Assembly (NCBI GenBank): GCA_030390025.1
Contig: CM059429.1
Coordinates: 132,742,001-132,806,000 of the forward strand
DNA: 64,000 bases
Reading direction: 5' to 3'
Source of the DNA: Squalus acanthias
Taxonomy: Eukaryota
In this document: positions 61,532-64,000 of the stretch, piece by piece
Layout of the letters: each line of letters begins with the position of its first letter
Numbering within the stretch: the stretch's first letter is position 1
Translations under genes and position numbers: made by a program
The notes under the pieces: generated by a model
Database searches by the model: none
Told to the model about the DNA's origin: nothing
Seen by the model: the letters and a program-made list of their open reading frames with translations, nothing else

Positions 61532-62294
61532 ATCCTGTAGACACTGTGGTGCTTGCTATTAAAAATGAATTGAAAAGGCCCTGGTGATGCCGGAGTCGTT
61601 TTGTGTCGGCCGCCAGCAGCTCTGATGCAGATTAATTATCCGTTTCGGCTTAGTTTACCACTCCCCTGCCCCGGGTGACCCCAGAGCAGAGCGACGTCTC
61701 AGACGGAAACTGATGAATAGAGATCAGTTACAGCGCTCTGCATCTCACCTCCTGCTCACAGGGATCCACCAAGGGCAGAGGCGCAATACCTTCTGTGCAA
61801 CCAACGCAACAGACAGCCGCAGGATTGCACGGAGATATGCTTCAAAACTGCTTAATGTGGGAGACGCCCATCCCACTAGACCAGTCCCCAGTTTTCTTTA
61901 CTGCTGTCATTTCTTAAGCAGAGAGTAAACCGTACGCAAGATGCTATACCTGTACAGTCAGACACTTCGCGTGTAAGAATAAACAAGTTATCCTGCATAC
62001 ACACATAAATACATTGTTTGGAAAATATTTTTAAAAATATGCATCGATGTGATTGAACAATAAGAGTACATGGAAGTGGAAATGCCAGGATGCCAAACAT
62101 AGGTCGTGCACATTGCTTCCTGGGCCAAATTAACCAAAGGGCTGTAATGGGTACTGTGCAAAATATTAATTGTATCTGACAACAAACGCCAATTTAGAAA
62201 TGGTTAATTAAGTTATCTGTGCCCTGTTATCACACCAATTTGTCATAATTCTGCTCCTTGTTTTATTAGGTAAGGAACCATTATTGAGTCCTTA

Positions 62295-63135
62295 CAACAA
62301 CAACTTGCATGTATATAGCGCCTTTAACTTAGTAAAACATCCCAAGGCGATTCACTGGAGTGTTATCAAACACAATTTGACACCGAGCCACATAAGGAGA
62401 TTTTAGGACAGGCTTGATCAAAGAGGTAAGTTTTAAAGAGCATCTTAAAGGAGGAGAGCTAGAGATGCGGAGAGGCTTAGGAAGGGATTTCCAGAGCTTT
62501 GGGCCTAGGCAGCTGAAGGCACAGCCGCCAATGGTGGAGTGATGAAAATCAGGGATGCGCAAGAGGGCAGAGTTGGAGGTGCGCAAAGATCTCGGAGGGT
62601 TGTGGGGCTGGAGGAGATTACAGAGATAGGGAGGGACGAGGCTATGGAGGGATTTGAAAACAAGGATGAGGATTTTAAAGTCGAGGCGTTGCCGGACTGG
62701 GAGCCAATGTAGCTCAGTAAGCACAGGGTTGATGGGTGAACGGGACTTGGTGCAAGTTAGCATACGGGCAGCAGAGTTTTGGATCAGCTCAAGTTTATGG
62801 AGGATGCAAGGTGGGAGGCTGGCTAGGAGAGCATTGGAATAGTGGAGTCTCGAGATAATAAAGCATGGGTGAGGGTTTCAGCAGCAGATGAGCTGAGGCA
62901 GGGGCGGAGATGGGCGATGTTATGGAGGTGGAAGTAGGAGGTCTTGGTGGTGAGAGGATATGGGGTCCAAGCTCAGCTTAGGGTCAAATAGGAGGCCATG
63001 GTTGTGAACCGTCCTGGTTCAGCCTGAGACAGTGGCCAGGGGAGGGATGGAATCGGTGGCTAGGGAACAGAGTTTGTGGTGGGGACCAAAGACAACGGCT
63101 TCGGTCTTCCCAATATTTAATTGGAGGTAATTTCA
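62295..63135 (-). mobile_element. L2 LINE 3' part
   Basis: LNIGKTEA, ELHWLPVRQRLDFKILILVFKSL, GPKLWKSLP; (TTG)n tail at 62295-62304. Confidence 0.95.
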
Positions 63136-63389
63136 GATTAAGTGCCTGTAGTTCAGGCCTTCAAATTCGTGGCTGGGGTCAAATTTTCTCTTTCAGAAAA
63201 CATTAATGTTTAACATTATTCACAAGAACACTTTTATTTTAGTAAAAGTGACTTTAGTCTACATATGGATTTAGCTATGTCCTCCACCTGGTATCTGTAA
63301 TGCGATTTATTAAATTTACTGGACATACTTAATGTGAACCTTTTGAACACGTAGGGAAAAGGGAACTCAAAAATGCTTTATATTTAAGA

Positions 63390-64000
63390 ATATCGTGTAC
63401 GTCATGTCACCTTATTCTTCCTACGAAGCTTCGCAGCCGTACTTATCCAGCCTCGATGGAGTGCTTGCGAGTCCTCCATCTCCAGAATCACCTCACTGTG
63501 GAAAACGCTTCAGCCAGGCAAGTCCAGAATCCAGATCTTGTTAAGTTTCGCTGGAGGAATATAAACCTCCGTTTAGGACTCTTGAGCATTTGATACATTC
63601 GTTGGGTAATCGTCAACCGAAGTATGTCCCCGGCACGCAGCCAGCGTCTGGGGCTCTGCCAACATCATTCACCAGTCAGAATCGCGAAACCGGTCTTTTC
63701 TTGACGCGTATAACCGTATCTGTTCAGTTCAAATAATACAAGAGGGTTTTTTTTATCCAACTTGAGTGAGTACATCGGATCTCACAATGCCCCGGTCAAC
63801 CTTGATACGGTAGTTTGCACACATGGAAGACGCAACGGCGTGTAAAGAAAGTGATTGCAGCGAGAGTAAGCTTGGACATTACGGCTGCTTCTCAAAAACG
63901 CCCGAATAAACCAGCTCCCGCAATGGTGCTGCCACGAAAAGCCGCGACCTCCCGGCTCCCCACCCAGTTAACAAAGATTAGCAACCGTCAGGCTAATCTC
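63390..64000. promoter_or_regulatory. CpG-rich segment, probably the flank of an island beyond the window
   Basis: CpG density rises toward the window end; no repeat similarity noticed; only short ORFs. Confidence 0.35.

Overview
Vertebrate nuclear DNA, almost certainly from a cartilaginous fish (shark or ray), judging by its repeats: an HE1-type V-SINE, SacSINE1/AmnSINE1-type Deu-SINEs, HER1-type CR1 LINEs, L2 LINEs with (TTG)n tails, an RTE LINE and Penelope-like element (PLE) ends. I recognise no host protein-coding exon. Every ORF with a recognisable protein motif is retrotransposon reverse transcriptase, and the rest look spurious. The window has two kinds of domain. About 3.6-22.6 kb is nearly TE-free and retains CpG, with island-like promoters at about 4.3-5.3, 17.3-18.1 and 21.2-21.7 kb; smaller CpG-retaining blocks lie at about 50-53 and 60.6-64 kb. 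About 22.7-50 and 53-63 kb are mostly CpG-depleted and packed with nested TEs. Strong minus-strand splice donors at 17274 and 50545 suggest alternative non-coding first exons of an unidentified gene running off the left edge. Most worth a second look: minimal hammerhead-ribozyme cores in PLE terminal repeats, a Helentron/HINE-like element, a candidate 3-nt AAG microexon or recursive splice site, a 93-nt hairpin in the TE-free domain, and a four-level TE nest. Family names come from pattern recognition, not database searches, and TE boundaries are approximate unless a TSD or TIR is quoted.
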